A stretch of 64,000 nucleotides of DNA from Dipteris shenzhenensis (taxonomy: Eukaryota): the NCBI GenBank assembly GCA_047967505.1, contig CM106538.1, one strand, 5' to 3'. The notes below the pieces were generated by a model. It was not told the DNA's origin. It saw nothing but the letters and a program-made list of their open reading frames with translations, and searched no databases. This document shows, piece by piece, positions 63,996-64,000 of this stretch (positions are counted from its first letter, which is position 1; each line of letters opens with the position of its first letter). The translations under genes were made by a program, and so were the position numbers.

Positions 63996-64000
63996 AATCT

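Overview
Eukaryotic, repeat-dominated plant genomic DNA; the repeat style suggests a fern or other seed-free plant (inference). One intact host gene is present: a SKIP1-like F-box/LRR gene on the minus strand (coding exons 63165-63484 and 48161-48734, 297 aa). Its 14.4-kb intron holds three pol-deleted Ty3/gypsy elements and copies of a ~330-bp exon-like repeat. The rest is decayed transposons: a copia element split by a Tourist-like MITE, a DDE-type transposase relic, an L1-like relic, a gypsy RT fragment facing an antisense kinase-like pseudo-ORF, two CACTA-like 3' ends with CACAA termini, and a shuffled array of LINE ORF2 3' ends. The most unusual item is a gypsy-like element at about 30.5-34.9 kb with a tRNA-His primer-binding site and a stand-alone type-I RNase H ORF placed upstream of gag. 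All homology calls come from motif recognition by eye, not database searches.
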